A stretch of 63,346 nucleotides of DNA, counting the filler, from Licmophora abbreviata (lineage: Eukaryota): the NCBI GenBank assembly GCA_900291995.1. It is 28 parts of 28 records of this genome, joined end to end, with 100 filler letters (N's around TTAATTAATTAA, not from the genome) between each part and the next. Parts side by side here need not be neighbours in the genome. Positions count along the whole stretch, not along the records: positions 42,347 to 44,361 come from OLMU01002784.1; positions 44,462 to 45,570 come from OLMU01002785.1; positions 45,671 to 46,731 come from OLMU01002786.1; positions 46,832 to 49,138 come from OLMU01002787.1; positions 49,239 to 50,566 come from OLMU01002788.1; positions 50,667 to 54,371 come from OLMU01002789.1; 22 more parts are not named here. One strand, given 5' to 3'. Both the position numbers and the translations under genes were made by a program. The stretch's first letter is position 1, and every line of letters starts with the position of its first letter. Shown in pieces: positions 42,911-52,812 of the stretch. Under the pieces are notes generated by a model. The model saw only the letters and a program-made list of their open reading frames with translations. It did not search any database and was not told where the DNA came from.

Positions 42911-43708
42911 CTAGCCCAGGCAGCGGTCCAGAAAATCCAGAACCGGCGGCGTGAAACGCCCCGGTTGCTCAAGCAGCCCCAGATGGCGCAGCCCCGGCAC
43001 AATCACCGCCTCGGCGCCTTCGATCTCCGAGGCGATGGCATGGCTCATGGCCGGGGTCGATCCGCTGTCGTGCTCGCAGGTCATCACAAGCGTGGGATGG
43101 GTGATGTGCGGTTGCGGGCGGATCAACTCCGTCACGCCTTCCGCCAGAACCCGGCGATGCGCGGCATAACTGGCAGGATCACTCGCCAGAACCGTTGCGC
43201 GAACTTCATCCACCAAGTCACTGTAATCAATCTTGAATTCTGCTGTAAACCAACGCTCTATCGCGGCCTCTATCGTTGCTGCCGGCCCGCCTGCGCTGCT
43301 GTCGCGGGCGCTGGCCTCGACCATTTTCTGCGCTTGGCTGTCGCGCTCATGCGGAGAGTTGAGTATCGCCAGCCCCGCCACCCGCTCGGGATGATCCATC
43401 GCACAGCGCCGGTTGATCATCCCGCCAAGCGAAAAGCCCACCAGTGCTGCGCGCGCGATCCCAAGCGCGTCCATCAGCCCAATCGCCTGCGCACTCAGCG
43501 CGCGCAAAGTCACCGGCCCCTCAGCCGGGGCCGTCTCGCCATGTCCCGGCAGATCATAGCTCAGCACCCGGTAGCGCTTGGCCAGCACCGGCGCGATCTC
43601 CCGCCACGTCACCCCCCGCGCAAGGCCAAGCCCATGGATCAGCACCACCACCGGCACCCCCTCGGGACCACTCAGGTCATAGGCCGTGCCCTGCCCCGTC
43701 ACCGCCAT
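42911..43708 (-). CDS. Alpha/beta hydrolase (TgnD-like)
   Basis: IHGLG, YDLPGHG, GFSLGG, EHDSGSTP, LRH. Confidence 0.85.
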   Translation of the reverse strand: MAVTGQGTAYDLSGPEGVPVVVLIHGLGLARGVTWREIAPVLAKRYRVLSYDLPGHGETAPAEGPVTLRALSAQAIGLMDALGIARAALVGFSLGGMINRRCAMDHPERVAGLAILNSPHERDSQAQKMVEASARDSSAGGPAATIEAAIERWFTAEFKIDYSDLVDEVRATVLASDPASYAAHRRVLAEGVTELIRPQPHITHPTLVMTCEHDSGSTPAMSHAIASEIEGAEAVIVPGLRHLGLLEQPGRFTPPVLDFLDRCLG

Positions 43709-44305
43709 TCAGACCCCCGCCGGATTGTCGACATCATGCCCCATCTCGCGCAGATCGGCATAGCGGTCGCCGATCCGGTGGTCTGGATGCCCGCCGACCG
43801 ACCCGCCAAGCGCCACGATGATCTCGTCATCGGCGGGCGCGTCGGGCACACAGGTATGGATCGTCTGGTAATGCGAACGCCGCCCGCCATCATCCTTGTC
43901 CATCAGCGGGATCATCAGCGCGCACCCCGCCGCCCCCCGCGTGTTTGAAAACGCCAGATAGCTTTTCGCCTTGATCGCCTCACGCAGCTGATTGCCGAAC
44001 CACAGCGTATGGGTCAGCGCCTGCGCATGCTCGATCTCGCCGCCCATGCCGACGACGCTGGCCTTGCCGCAGCCTTCCAGCGCCTCGCCTGTCTCCTTCA
44101 GCAGCATATCGGTCAGCAATCGGCCCAGTTCCGGGCCATGCTCGCGCACCTCGGGGCCAAGATCCTCGACATGGCCGCGCCCGAACCACGGATTGCGGAT
44201 GATCGCCATCGCCGTCACCAGCCGTGTCGGCTCGGCCACTTTCTTCCACCCCTCAAGATAGGTCGTCTGCGTCAGCGTCAGGGTGCGTCTGATTTCAACC
44301 GGCAT
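43709..44305 (-). CDS. Amino acid synthesis family protein DUF1185 (TgnF-like)
   Basis: IIRNPWFGRG, GKASVVGMGGEIEH, IPLMDKDD..RRSHY, PDAPADDEI, HRIGDRY. Confidence 0.85.
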   Translation of the reverse strand: MPVEIRRTLTLTQTTYLEGWKKVAEPTRLVTAMAIIRNPWFGRGHVEDLGPEVREHGPELGRLLTDMLLKETGEALEGCGKASVVGMGGEIEHAQALTHTLWFGNQLREAIKAKSYLAFSNTRGAAGCALMIPLMDKDDGGRRSHYQTIHTCVPDAPADDEIIVALGGSVGGHPDHRIGDRYADLREMGHDVDNPAGV

Positions 44306-45383
44306 CCACCAGCTCCTTTTGTGCGAATTCGGGCATCACCCGGTCAATGAACAGCGCGAGCNNNNNNNNNNNNNNNNNNNNNNNNNNNNNNNNNNNNNNN
44401 NNNNNTTAATTAATTAANNNNNNNNNNNNNNNNNNNNNNNNNNNNNNNNNNNNNNNNNNNNCATACATGCGCAGCTTTCGAGCCACCTCTTCGGGGCGTC
44501 CGAACATCAGATTCTCCTCCAGCATCTCGGGATCGACCCGCACATTGCCGTCCAACTCCTCCAGCGGCACAGGCTCGGGGAAGCCGTTGATGACCTCGCC
44601 TTTCTGCATCATCAGGTTCCCGAACTGACCCAGCACACCCCGCACCGATGCGATGGCGCCCTCCCGGTCTTCCTCGGTCTCGTAGACCGCCGCGTGGCGC
44701 ATCATCGCCCATGACCCGTCATAACGCCCGCCATTGCGCTCGATCGACGCATCCAGCCGTGCGCGATAGGCCTCGGCCTCGGAAAACGGCATGGTCAGCG
44801 GCCAGCTCAGGATGTTGCAGCCATGCTCGACCGCGTAATCGAAGGTGATCGGCGCGCGTGCCGCCACCCAGACCGGCACCTGCGCCTGCAACGGCTTGGG
44901 ACAGGACGTGGCCGTCGGAAACTGCCAGAACTCGCCGTCATGGGCATAATCGCCCGCCCACAGCTTCTGCACCACCGGCAGCATTTCCTGCATGTAGCGC
45001 CAGCTGTCGCGCTGATCGAGCCCCGGCTTCATCCGGTCGAACTCACGCTGATACGCGCCCGATCCGATGCCGAATTCCAGCCGCCCGTTGCTGGTCAGAT
45101 CCAGAAACGCCGCCTCACCCGCAAGGTTGATCGGATGCCAATAGGCCGCGTTTACCACGCCCACACCCAGCCGGATATTGGGCGCGTGTTCGCCCCACCA
45201 TGTCAGGATCTGGAACGGGTTCGGCGCGATGGTCATCTCCAGCGCGTGATGCTCCGCCGCCCAGACGATCTCGAAGCCGGCGGCGTCGGCCATGCGGACC
45301 ATACCGAGCGTGTGATCGCGCACCGCGATCATGTCGGTCTCGGGCGTCATCCGCTCGAGATTGATGGCAAGATGAAACTTCAT
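44295..45383 (-). CDS. LLM-class flavin-dependent monooxygenase (TgnB-like), gap inside
   Basis: WAAEHHALEMTIAPNPF, WHPINLAGEAA, GRLEFGIGSGAY, GEFWQFP; C-terminus FIDRVMPEF...DAG* read at 44295-44361. Confidence 0.88.
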
Positions 45384-45396
45384 GTCGATTTGCTCC

Positions 45397-47059
45397 TCAT
45401 CGCATCTGGAACGGGTTGGCCACAGGATCGTCCGAGCTGTTCATCCAGACGGTCTTGGGCCGCGTGTAATCATAAACCGCCTGAAAGCCGCTTTCGCGAC
45501 CATAGCCCGAGGCTTTCATCCCCCCGAACTCGGCCACCGGCGAGATGGCGCGATAGGTATTGACCCAGACNNNNNNNNNNNNNNNNNNNNNNNNNNNNNN
45601 NNNNNNNNNNNNNNTTAATTAATTAANNNNNNNNNNNNNNNNNNNNNNNNNNNNNNNNNNNNNNNNNNNNTGCCCGCGCGCACGGCACGGCTCATGCGCA
45701 GGGCGCGGGCGCCATCACGGGTGAAGATGCCCGCCGCCAGCCCGTGTTCGGTGTCATTGGCCAGCGCCAGCGCCTCCGCTTCGGTGCGAAACCGCAGCAC
45801 GCACAATACCGGGCCAAACAGCTCGGTATCCACGATCTCCATATCGGGGCGCGGGCAATCGATGATGGTGGGCTGAAAGAACTGCGCGCTTGCGCCCTCG
45901 GCCCGCGTTCCGCCGCAGAGCACCCTGCCGCCCTCTTCGACCGCGCGGGCGATCTGCGCCTCGATCGTCTCGATCTGGCCCCTGGTGCAAAGCGGACCCA
46001 TTTCGGTCTCTTCCGACATCGGATCCCCGATGCGGATCCCCGTCGCAAGCCGGATCATCCGCTCGAGAAAGGCATCCGCCACATCCTCATGCACGATCAA
46101 CCTCGATCCCGCGACGCAGCTTTGCCCCGAGGCTCCGAAAATCCCCGCGACCGCGCCGTTGACCGCGCTGTCCAGATCGGCATCCTCGAACACGATGACT
46201 GGCGACTTGCCGCCAAGTTCCAAACTGACCTCCGCGAAATTGCGGGTCGAATTCATCAGCACATGCCGCGCCGCCACCGGCCCTCCGGTGAACGAGATCC
46301 GCGCCACCAGCGGATGCTCCGTCAGCGCCTTGCCGCAAGGATCGCCATGGCCGGTCACGATATTGACCACCCCATCGGGAATGCCCGCCTCGGCGATCAG
46401 CGCGCCGAACTCGAGGATCACCGCCGGCGCATGTTCCGAGGTTTTCAGCACCACCGTATTGCCCGCCGCCAGCGCCGGCCCGATCTTGACCGCCGTCAGA
46501 AACAGCTGGCTGTTCCACGGCACCACCGCCGCCACCACACCCAAAGGTTCGCGCTGCGTGAAAACGAACATATCCGGCTTGTCGATAGGCAGCGTCTCGC
46601 CGCTGATCTTGTCGGCGGCGCCTGCATAGAAATGCAGGAACTCGCTGATATATTTCGCCTGCCACCGGGTCTCGCGGAACATCTTGCCGCTGTCGCGCGT
46701 CTCGGTCTCGCCCAGGGCCTCGGACCGCTCGNNNNNNNNNNNNNNNNNNNNNNNNNNNNNNNNNNNNNNNNNNNNTTAATTAATTAANNNNNNNNNNNNN
46801 NNNNNNNNNNNNNNNNNNNNNNNNNNNNNNNGGCCAGACGGCGCAGGCAATGCCCCCTCTGGCTTGGCGTCATGCTGGACCATGGCCCCTCATAGCAGGC
46901 CCGGTATGCCGCGCGCACGGCGCGGTCCACATCTTCCGCCGTGGCCTCGGGTACCCTCGCCCAGACCTCGCCCGTGGCCGGGTTGCGGGTCTCGAACGTC
47001 GCCCCGTCCGACGCTGGAACCCAGGCGCCATCAATCAGCATCTCATAGGTCTTGGTCAT
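45397..47059 (-). CDS. Aldehyde dehydrogenase (TgnC-like), two gaps inside
   Basis: VPWNSQL, FTGG, LELGGKSP, GQSCVAG, ELFGPV, WVNTYR, FGGMKASGYGRE. Confidence 0.92.
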
Positions 47060-47073
47060 CCTGCCTGCCCCCT

Positions 47074-47607
47074 CTATCGCGCCGCCTGGCATGCGGCCTC
47101 GGCCCCCTGCGCCACCACCCGGTGATAGCTGCCCTCGCGCCATGTCAGCGGCTTGGCGCCGCCCTCGATCACGTCACCGACATGGCCGATCACAATCAGA
47201 TGCGTGCCCGATAGGACGGATTGCTGCACAATGCAGGAAAATCCCGTCGCCCCGTCGATCAGTGGCGAAAACCCCGGCTTGCCGTGACACTCGATTCCCG
47301 AAAACCGGTCCCCGATCCAGGCATCATGCCGACCCGCGAAACGATCCGCGATCTCGGCGCTCGTCTCGGGCAGCACATTGACGCAGAACCGCCCATTCGT
47401 GGTGACGGCCCGCGCGATCCGGCTGTCGGCATGTAAACAGACCAGCACCGTGGGCGGATCGGCTGAAACCGATGAAAAGGCACTCACCGTAGCCCCATGG
47501 CGCCCCGCCAGCCCATCCGTCGTCACCACCGTGACCGAGGCCGCAACCCCGCGCATCGCCTCGATGAACCGCCCGCGCGGCACCAGATCGTTTTTCATGT
47601 CCTGCAT
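47074..47607 (-). CDS. Flavin reductase (TgnA/HpaC-like)
   Basis: SVTVVTT, GATVSAFSSVSADPPTVLVC, GTHLIVIG. Confidence 0.9.
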   Translation of the reverse strand: MQDMKNDLVPRGRFIEAMRGVAASVTVVTTDGLAGRHGATVSAFSSVSADPPTVLVCLHADSRIARAVTTNGRFCVNVLPETSAEIADRFAGRHDAWIGDRFSGIECHGKPGFSPLIDGATGFSCIVQQSVLSGTHLIVIGHVGDVIEGGAKPLTWREGSYHRVVAQGAEAACQAAR

Positions 47608-47728
47608 TCCTCACCCCTTCCGCGTTTCCAAATCCTTGGAAGGCATGCGCGAAGCTGACACAAAAGTTCACTTGTTCAAAACGAATTGTTTTGCTCTACA
47701 AATGCAAAATACTCGAATTGAGACTGGC

Positions 47729-48571
47729 ATGAACATCACCTCCCTGCGCACCTTTCTGGCCATCGTCGATACCGGCAGTCTTGTCCGGGCCTCGCAACAG
47801 CTCAACGTCACGCAATCCACTGTCACCGCGCGCTTGCGCACGCTGGAAGAAGAGCTGGGCCAGCAATTGCTGAACCGGCAGAAATCCGGCGCCACGCTCA
47901 CCCCCGCGGGCACCAAACTGCTGCGCTATGCGCGCATCATCACCGGGCTGTGGCGTCAGGCGCGCTATGAAACCGGCCTGCCCGCCGGGCTCAGTTCGGT
48001 CTGCACCTTCGGCTGCGACCGCGAGCTGTGGCACGGGCCGGGCCGGGCGTTTTTCGACGGTGTCGTGTCGGGCCATCCCGAAATGGCCGTCTCGGTGCAA
48101 CAGGGATCGGCCCGCGATCTTGAGGAATGGCTGGCCTCGGGGCTGGTCGATGTGATCCTGACCTACGATTCGGTCGCGCGCGGCCCTCAGACCGTGCATG
48201 CCCTGCCGCCCGAAGAACTCGTGCTCTACTCCGACCGGCCCGGCAGCTCGATCAAGGCTGATCCTCAGTATGTCTTTGTCGATCACGGCGAAGACTATCG
48301 CCGCAGCCATGGTGAAAGCTATCACGACGCCGGCATCGCGCGGATCAGCTTCGACAGCTCCTGGTGGGCGCTGCAATTTCTGCTGGACCGGGGCGGCTCG
48401 GCCTATCTGCCGCGCGCCCTTGCGTCGCCGCATGTGGCCGAGGGACGGCTTCATGAACTCACCGAGGCGCCGGTCTACACCCGCAAGAAATACCTGATCG
48501 TCAACGACACCGCCGCTCTGAGCTGGGACTGGTTCGCGCCGCTGGTCGCACAGCTGTCCCAACCCGCCTGA
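47729..48571 (+). CDS. LysR family transcriptional regulator
   Basis: LRTFLAIVDTGSLVRASQQLNVTQSTVTARLRTLEEELG HTH; divergent from the tgn-like operon. Confidence 0.93.
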   Translation: MNITSLRTFLAIVDTGSLVRASQQLNVTQSTVTARLRTLEEELGQQLLNRQKSGATLTPAGTKLLRYARIITGLWRQARYETGLPAGLSSVCTFGCDRELWHGPGRAFFDGVVSGHPEMAVSVQQGSARDLEEWLASGLVDVILTYDSVARGPQTVHALPPEELVLYSDRPGSSIKADPQYVFVDHGEDYRRSHGESYHDAGIARISFDSSWWALQFLLDRGGSAYLPRALASPHVAEGRLHELTEAPVYTRKKYLIVNDTAALSWDWFAPLVAQLSQPA

Positions 48572-48631
48572 CCGCACCGGCCAGCGGTCCGCAACCGGAT
48601 GACTTTTCCGGTTGCATCGGTCGTTTTTCTT

Positions 48632-48749
48632 CTAAAGCGGTCCGCCTTTAACCTGAGGCATCAGCGACAGGCGGACCGCGTGCAACGATTGAACGGAGCA
48701 CTGCATGTCGCGAAAATCTGTGATTCAAGTTTTGCGCGAAACGCTTTAG
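48632..48749. repeat. About 118-bp CIR/RIME/Bru-RS-like intergenic element, family B, copy 1
   Basis: Terminal inverted repeats CTAAAGCG/CGCTTTAG, two internal hairpins, colinear with 62256-62374. Confidence 0.85.
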
Positions 48750-48819
48750 AGGTGCGGCATTGGTTTGTAACACTATTGTAAAACCCTACGTGCAACCCGG
48801 TCGCATCAGGCAGGTGATC

Positions 48820-49574
48820 TTGGCGGAATACGATTACATCATCATCGGCGCAGGCTCGGCCGGGTGCGTTCTGGCCGACCGGCTCAGCGCCTCGGGTCGC
48901 CACAAGGTCCTGCTGCTCGAAGCCGGGGGGCGCGGGCGCAGCCCATGGATCGCCCTGCCTTTGGGCTATGGCAAAAGCTTCTATGACCCACGGGTGAACT
49001 GGAAATATCAGACCCAGCCGGATGACGCACTCGACGGGCGCGCAGGCTACTGGCCGCGCGGCAAATGCGTCGGCGGATCGGGGGCGATCAACGCGATGGT
49101 CTATGCGCGCGGCCTGCCCCATGATTTCGACGATTGGGNNNNNNNNNNNNNNNNNNNNNNNNNNNNNNNNNNNNNNNNNNNNTTAATTAATTAANNNNNN
49201 NNNNNNNNNNNNNNNNNNNNNNNNNNNNNNNNNNNNNNAGGCTCTGTCAGTCGTTCCTTGCCACCTCTGCGCTGCGTGGGCTGGTCGCCTCGGCGATGGG
49301 AGCTGACCTGCGCGAGATGGATAATGCCGCGATCCTTGCCGATTTCCGCGCGCGATGCGGCACGGTCTTTCACCCGGTGGGCACCTGCCGGATGGGCCGG
49401 GATGCCGCGCAATCGGTGGTGGACCCGCGCCTGCGGGTGCATGGGATCGCAGGGCTACGGGTGGTGGATGCCTCGGTCTTTCCCAACCTGACCTCCGCCA
49501 ACACCAACGCGCCCACCATGATGCTGGCGCATCGGGCCGCCGACCTGATCCTGGAAGAGGCCCGCGCGCCCTGA
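48820..49574 (+). CDS. GMC family oxidoreductase (choline dehydrogenase-like); middle lost in gap
   Basis: [59 protein letters not shown]. Confidence 0.9.
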
Positions 49575-49595
49575 CCGGGCGCGCACCTTAACCGA

Positions 49596-49979
49596 TCACT
49601 CGGGCGTGTCGCTGCGCACCGGCGGGTCGTCATAGATCGACCAGCCATAGTCCCCGCCCGTCTCGGGCAGGTCCGTGGGGCGCGTATTGGCCTGCATATA
49701 GGTCTTGGCGATGAAATGCGCACTGATCGGCGCCGTCAGGAACAGGAACAGCGTAATCATCAGCTCGTGAAACGAGAAATCCCCCTTCACGAGAAAGAAA
49801 TACAGCATCGACGCGATCAACACGCCCCCCACCCCAAGCGTGGTCGCCTTGGTCGGCGCGTGCAACCGCTGCATGGTTTCCGTCAGCTTAATCATGCCGA
49901 AGGATCCGACGATCCCGAAAAGCCCCGCGATCACGAGGAAAAAGGCGATCACACCCTCGATGATGATGCTCGTTTCCAT
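49596..49979 (-). CDS. phaG: Mrp/Pha cation:H+ antiporter subunit G
   Basis: RLHAPTKATTLG, FLFLTAPISAH. Confidence 0.92.
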   Translation of the reverse strand: METSIIIEGVIAFFLVIAGLFGIVGSFGMIKLTETMQRLHAPTKATTLGVGGVLIASMLYFFLVKGDFSFHELMITLFLFLTAPISAHFIAKTYMQANTRPTDLPETGGDYGWSIYDDPPVRSDTPE

Positions 49980-49992
49980 GGTCCTGCCCTCC

Positions 49993-50262
49993 TCACTCGA
50001 TGATGTCGCCGCGCAGCACGAAGCGGCAATAGGCGACCGTCGACACGAACCCCACCATCGCCACCAGCATCGACGCCTCGTAATAGACCGCCGTGCCCTG
50101 CCAGATGCCATAAAGGATCAACAGCGCGATGATATTGATGACCATCGTATCCAGCGCCAGGATCCGATCCGCCGAATCCGGCCCCGTCGCGATGCGCCAC
50201 AGGTTCAACACAAGGCCAAGGCCGAAACAGGCGAAGGCAAAGGTAAGCGCCATGGTAATCAT
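49993..50262 (-). CDS. phaF: Mrp/Pha antiporter subunit F
   Basis: GPDSADRILALD, GFVSTVAYCRF. Confidence 0.92.
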   Translation of the reverse strand: MITMALTFAFACFGLGLVLNLWRIATGPDSADRILALDTMVINIIALLILYGIWQGTAVYYEASMLVAMVGFVSTVAYCRFVLRGDIIE

Positions 50263-50848
50263 TGGAAAATCTCCATCAGACGGCGTTCATAGCGGCTCTT
50301 GATCTGGTCGCGCACGCCATCGGGGTCATCGGTATGCAGGCAATGCACCAGCAGGCTGCCGCTATCGGCCGACAGCATCGCCGACACGGTCCCCGGCGTC
50401 ATGGTGATCGTACCCGCCAGAACCGTGATCGCCTCGGGCGACGTCAGCTCGAGCGGCACCATGATCCATTGCGACCGCAGATCGCGGTTGCGCTTGAACA
50501 GGATGATCAGCGCCACCTCGACATTGGCCACGACAATGTCCCACAGCACGATCAGCACATATTCGANNNNNNNNNNNNNNNNNNNNNNNNNNNNNNNNNN
50601 NNNNNNNNNNTTAATTAATTAANNNNNNNNNNNNNNNNNNNNNNNNNNNNNNNNNNNNNNNNNNNNATCTTCAGGGGGTTCTTCACCTTGGCACGGTGCG
50701 GCCAGTAAGGCGCGGTCAGAATCGGGACGACCACACCAAGGATCGCACCAAGCAGGACATTGCCCGGCGTCACCTTGTTGACCAGCGCCAGCCAGATCAG
50801 GGTCAGCGCCACGCTCAGCAGAGGATGCGGAAAGATGAACCGGATCAT
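50259..50848 (-). CDS. phaE: Mrp/Pha antiporter subunit E (gap inside)
   Basis: PHPLLS, LAGTITMTPGT, YERRLMEIF. Confidence 0.92.
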
Positions 50849-52440
50849 TGCCCTGCCTCCCCTTGGCCGCCAAGCACAGCCGAAACATAGCCCGCCGGAT
50901 CGAACAATTGCCCCGATGCCGCCTCGAGATACTGCGCCACAGGCCCAGCCCCCGCCGCCAGAACCACCAGCATCGCCAGCGCCAGCAACGTCGGCGCCAC
51001 TTCCATCGCCCCAGCGGGGCGACTCGCGGAATCCTCCCCAGCGGGGCGTCTCGCGGTATCCGCTTCGGCGTCCGGCTCGGCGGCGGCGTCAGCCTCTTCA
51101 CTGGCGTCCGGCGCCATGGCCGTGGCCTTCCAGAACAGGATGCTGCCCGCCCGCGCAAAGCCCACGATCGTCACGAGCGAGCCCACAAGGATCGCGACCC
51201 ATGCGGTCACCATCTCGGGAGTCGGTTTCATCGCATCGAGGATCATCAGCTTACCCAGAAACCCGCTCAGCGGCGGCATCCCGGCCATGGCGATCGCGCC
51301 GGCAAAGAACAGCGCAGCGAAAAGCCCGTTCTGCACCGTGGGCGGCTCGGCCCTCAGCAGATCGCCACCCTGTCGCCGCGACACCACCAGATCCGCCAGC
51401 AGGAACAGCGCCGCCGCCGAAAAGGTGGAATGCACCAGGTAATAGAGCGCCGAGGTCATCGCATAGGGCGTGAACGCCGCCACCGCGATCATCATCGTGC
51501 CCATCGACCCCACGACCGCAAAGGACAAGAGCGGCATCAGGCGCCGCGCGCCCAGAACCCCTACGGCCCCCACCGCCAGCGTGATCACGGCAGCAGGCAT
51601 GAGCCATGTCGCCGTAAGCCCGTCGGTCACCGCCACATCGGGACCGAAGACGATCGTGTGCACCCGGATGATCGCATAAGCGCCCACCTTGGTCATGATC
51701 GCAAACAGCGCCGCCACCGGCGCGGGCGCGTTGGAATAGGTCGCAGGCAGCCAGAACTGCACCGGGAAAAGTGCCGCCTTGATCGCGAAGACCATCATCA
51801 GCAGCACGGCGGCAACCCGCACCAATGCGGCATCCTCCACCGGCAGCGCGCGGACCTTCTCCGCCAGATCGGCGATGTTCAGCGTGCCGGTGGCCGCATA
51901 GACCGTGCCAAGCGCGAACAGGAAAAGGGTCGAGCCAGCAAGGTTCATCACGACATATTGCAGCCCTGCCTTCATCCTCACCCGGCCACCGCTATGGATC
52001 ATCAGGCCATACGAGGCGATCAGCAGAACCTCGAAGAACACGAAGAGGTTGAACGCATCCCCCGTCAGGAACGCGCCCATCACGCCCATCAGCTGGAACT
52101 GGAAGAGCGCATGGAAATGCCGCCCCCGCGCGTCCCACCCTGTTGCGGTGGCATGCAGCAGCACCACGATCGCCAGAAGCGCCGTGAGCAGCAGCATCAC
52201 CGCCGCCAGACGGTCCAGCACCAGCACGATCCCGAAGGGCGCAGGCCAGTTGCCAAGCTCATAGACAAAGGTCTCGCCGCCCGCGGCCATCACCGTCAGA
52301 CCGACCGAGATCGCCAAAAGCGCGATGGTCCCCGCGAACGAGGCCGCCCGCGCCAGACCGATGTCGTGGCGCATGACAAAACCGATGATCGGGGCAAGCA
52401 GCGCCGGCAGGATGACCGGCGCGATGATCCAATGCGTCAT
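50845..52440 (-). CDS. phaD: Mrp/Pha antiporter subunit D
   Basis: GNWPAPFGIVLVLDRL, FNLFVFFEVLLIASY, TKVG, GMPPLSGFLGK. Confidence 0.95.
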   Translation of the reverse strand: MTHWIIAPVILPALLAPIIGFVMRHDIGLARAASFAGTIALLAISVGLTVMAAGGETFVYELGNWPAPFGIVLVLDRLAAVMLLLTALLAIVVLLHATATGWDARGRHFHALFQFQLMGVMGAFLTGDAFNLFVFFEVLLIASYGLMIHSGGRVRMKAGLQYVVMNLAGSTLFLFALGTVYAATGTLNIADLAEKVRALPVEDAALVRVAAVLLMMVFAIKAALFPVQFWLPATYSNAPAPVAALFAIMTKVGAYAIIRVHTIVFGPDVAVTDGLTATWLMPAAVITLAVGAVGVLGARRLMPLLSFAVVGSMGTMMIAVAAFTPYAMTSALYYLVHSTFSAAALFLLADLVVSRRQGGDLLRAEPPTVQNGLFAALFFAGAIAMAGMPPLSGFLGKLMILDAMKPTPEMVTAWVAILVGSLVTIVGFARAGSILFWKATAMAPDASEEADAAAEPDAEADTARRPAGEDSASRPAGAMEVAPTLLALAMLVVLAAGAGPVAQYLEAASGQLFDPAGYVSAVLGGQGEAGQ

Positions 52441-52811
52441 GCTCCGGTTTCCTTCTTCGCTGTCGTCTCCGCCTGCGCCTCTTCGTCGGGCTCAAGGTCG
52501 ATCCGGTCGTCATCGGCCTCGAGATACGCGCCAAGCGCCACCATCACCAGAACGGCGGTCATCCCGAACGAGATCACGATCGCCGTCAGCACCAGAGCCT
52601 GCGGCAGCGGATCGGTATAGCTCGCCTCGCCATAAAGCTGCAGGACGGGCGGCGCGTTGATCGCAAGCCGCCCCGTCGCGAACAAGAACACGTTCACCGC
52701 ATAAGACAGCAGCGCCAGCCCAAGGATCACCGGAAAGGCGCGCAGCCGCAGGATCAGATAGACCCCGCCCGCCGTCAGCACGCCCACCGAACTCGCCACG
52801 ACAAGTTCCAT
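52437..52811 (-). CDS. phaC: Mrp/Pha antiporter subunit C
   Basis: DPLPQALVLTAIVISFG. Confidence 0.95.
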   Translation of the reverse strand: MELVVASSVGVLTAGGVYLILRLRAFPVILGLALLSYAVNVFLFATGRLAINAPPVLQLYGEASYTDPLPQALVLTAIVISFGMTAVLVMVALGAYLEADDDRIDLEPDEEAQAETTAKKETGA

Positions 52812-52812
52812 C

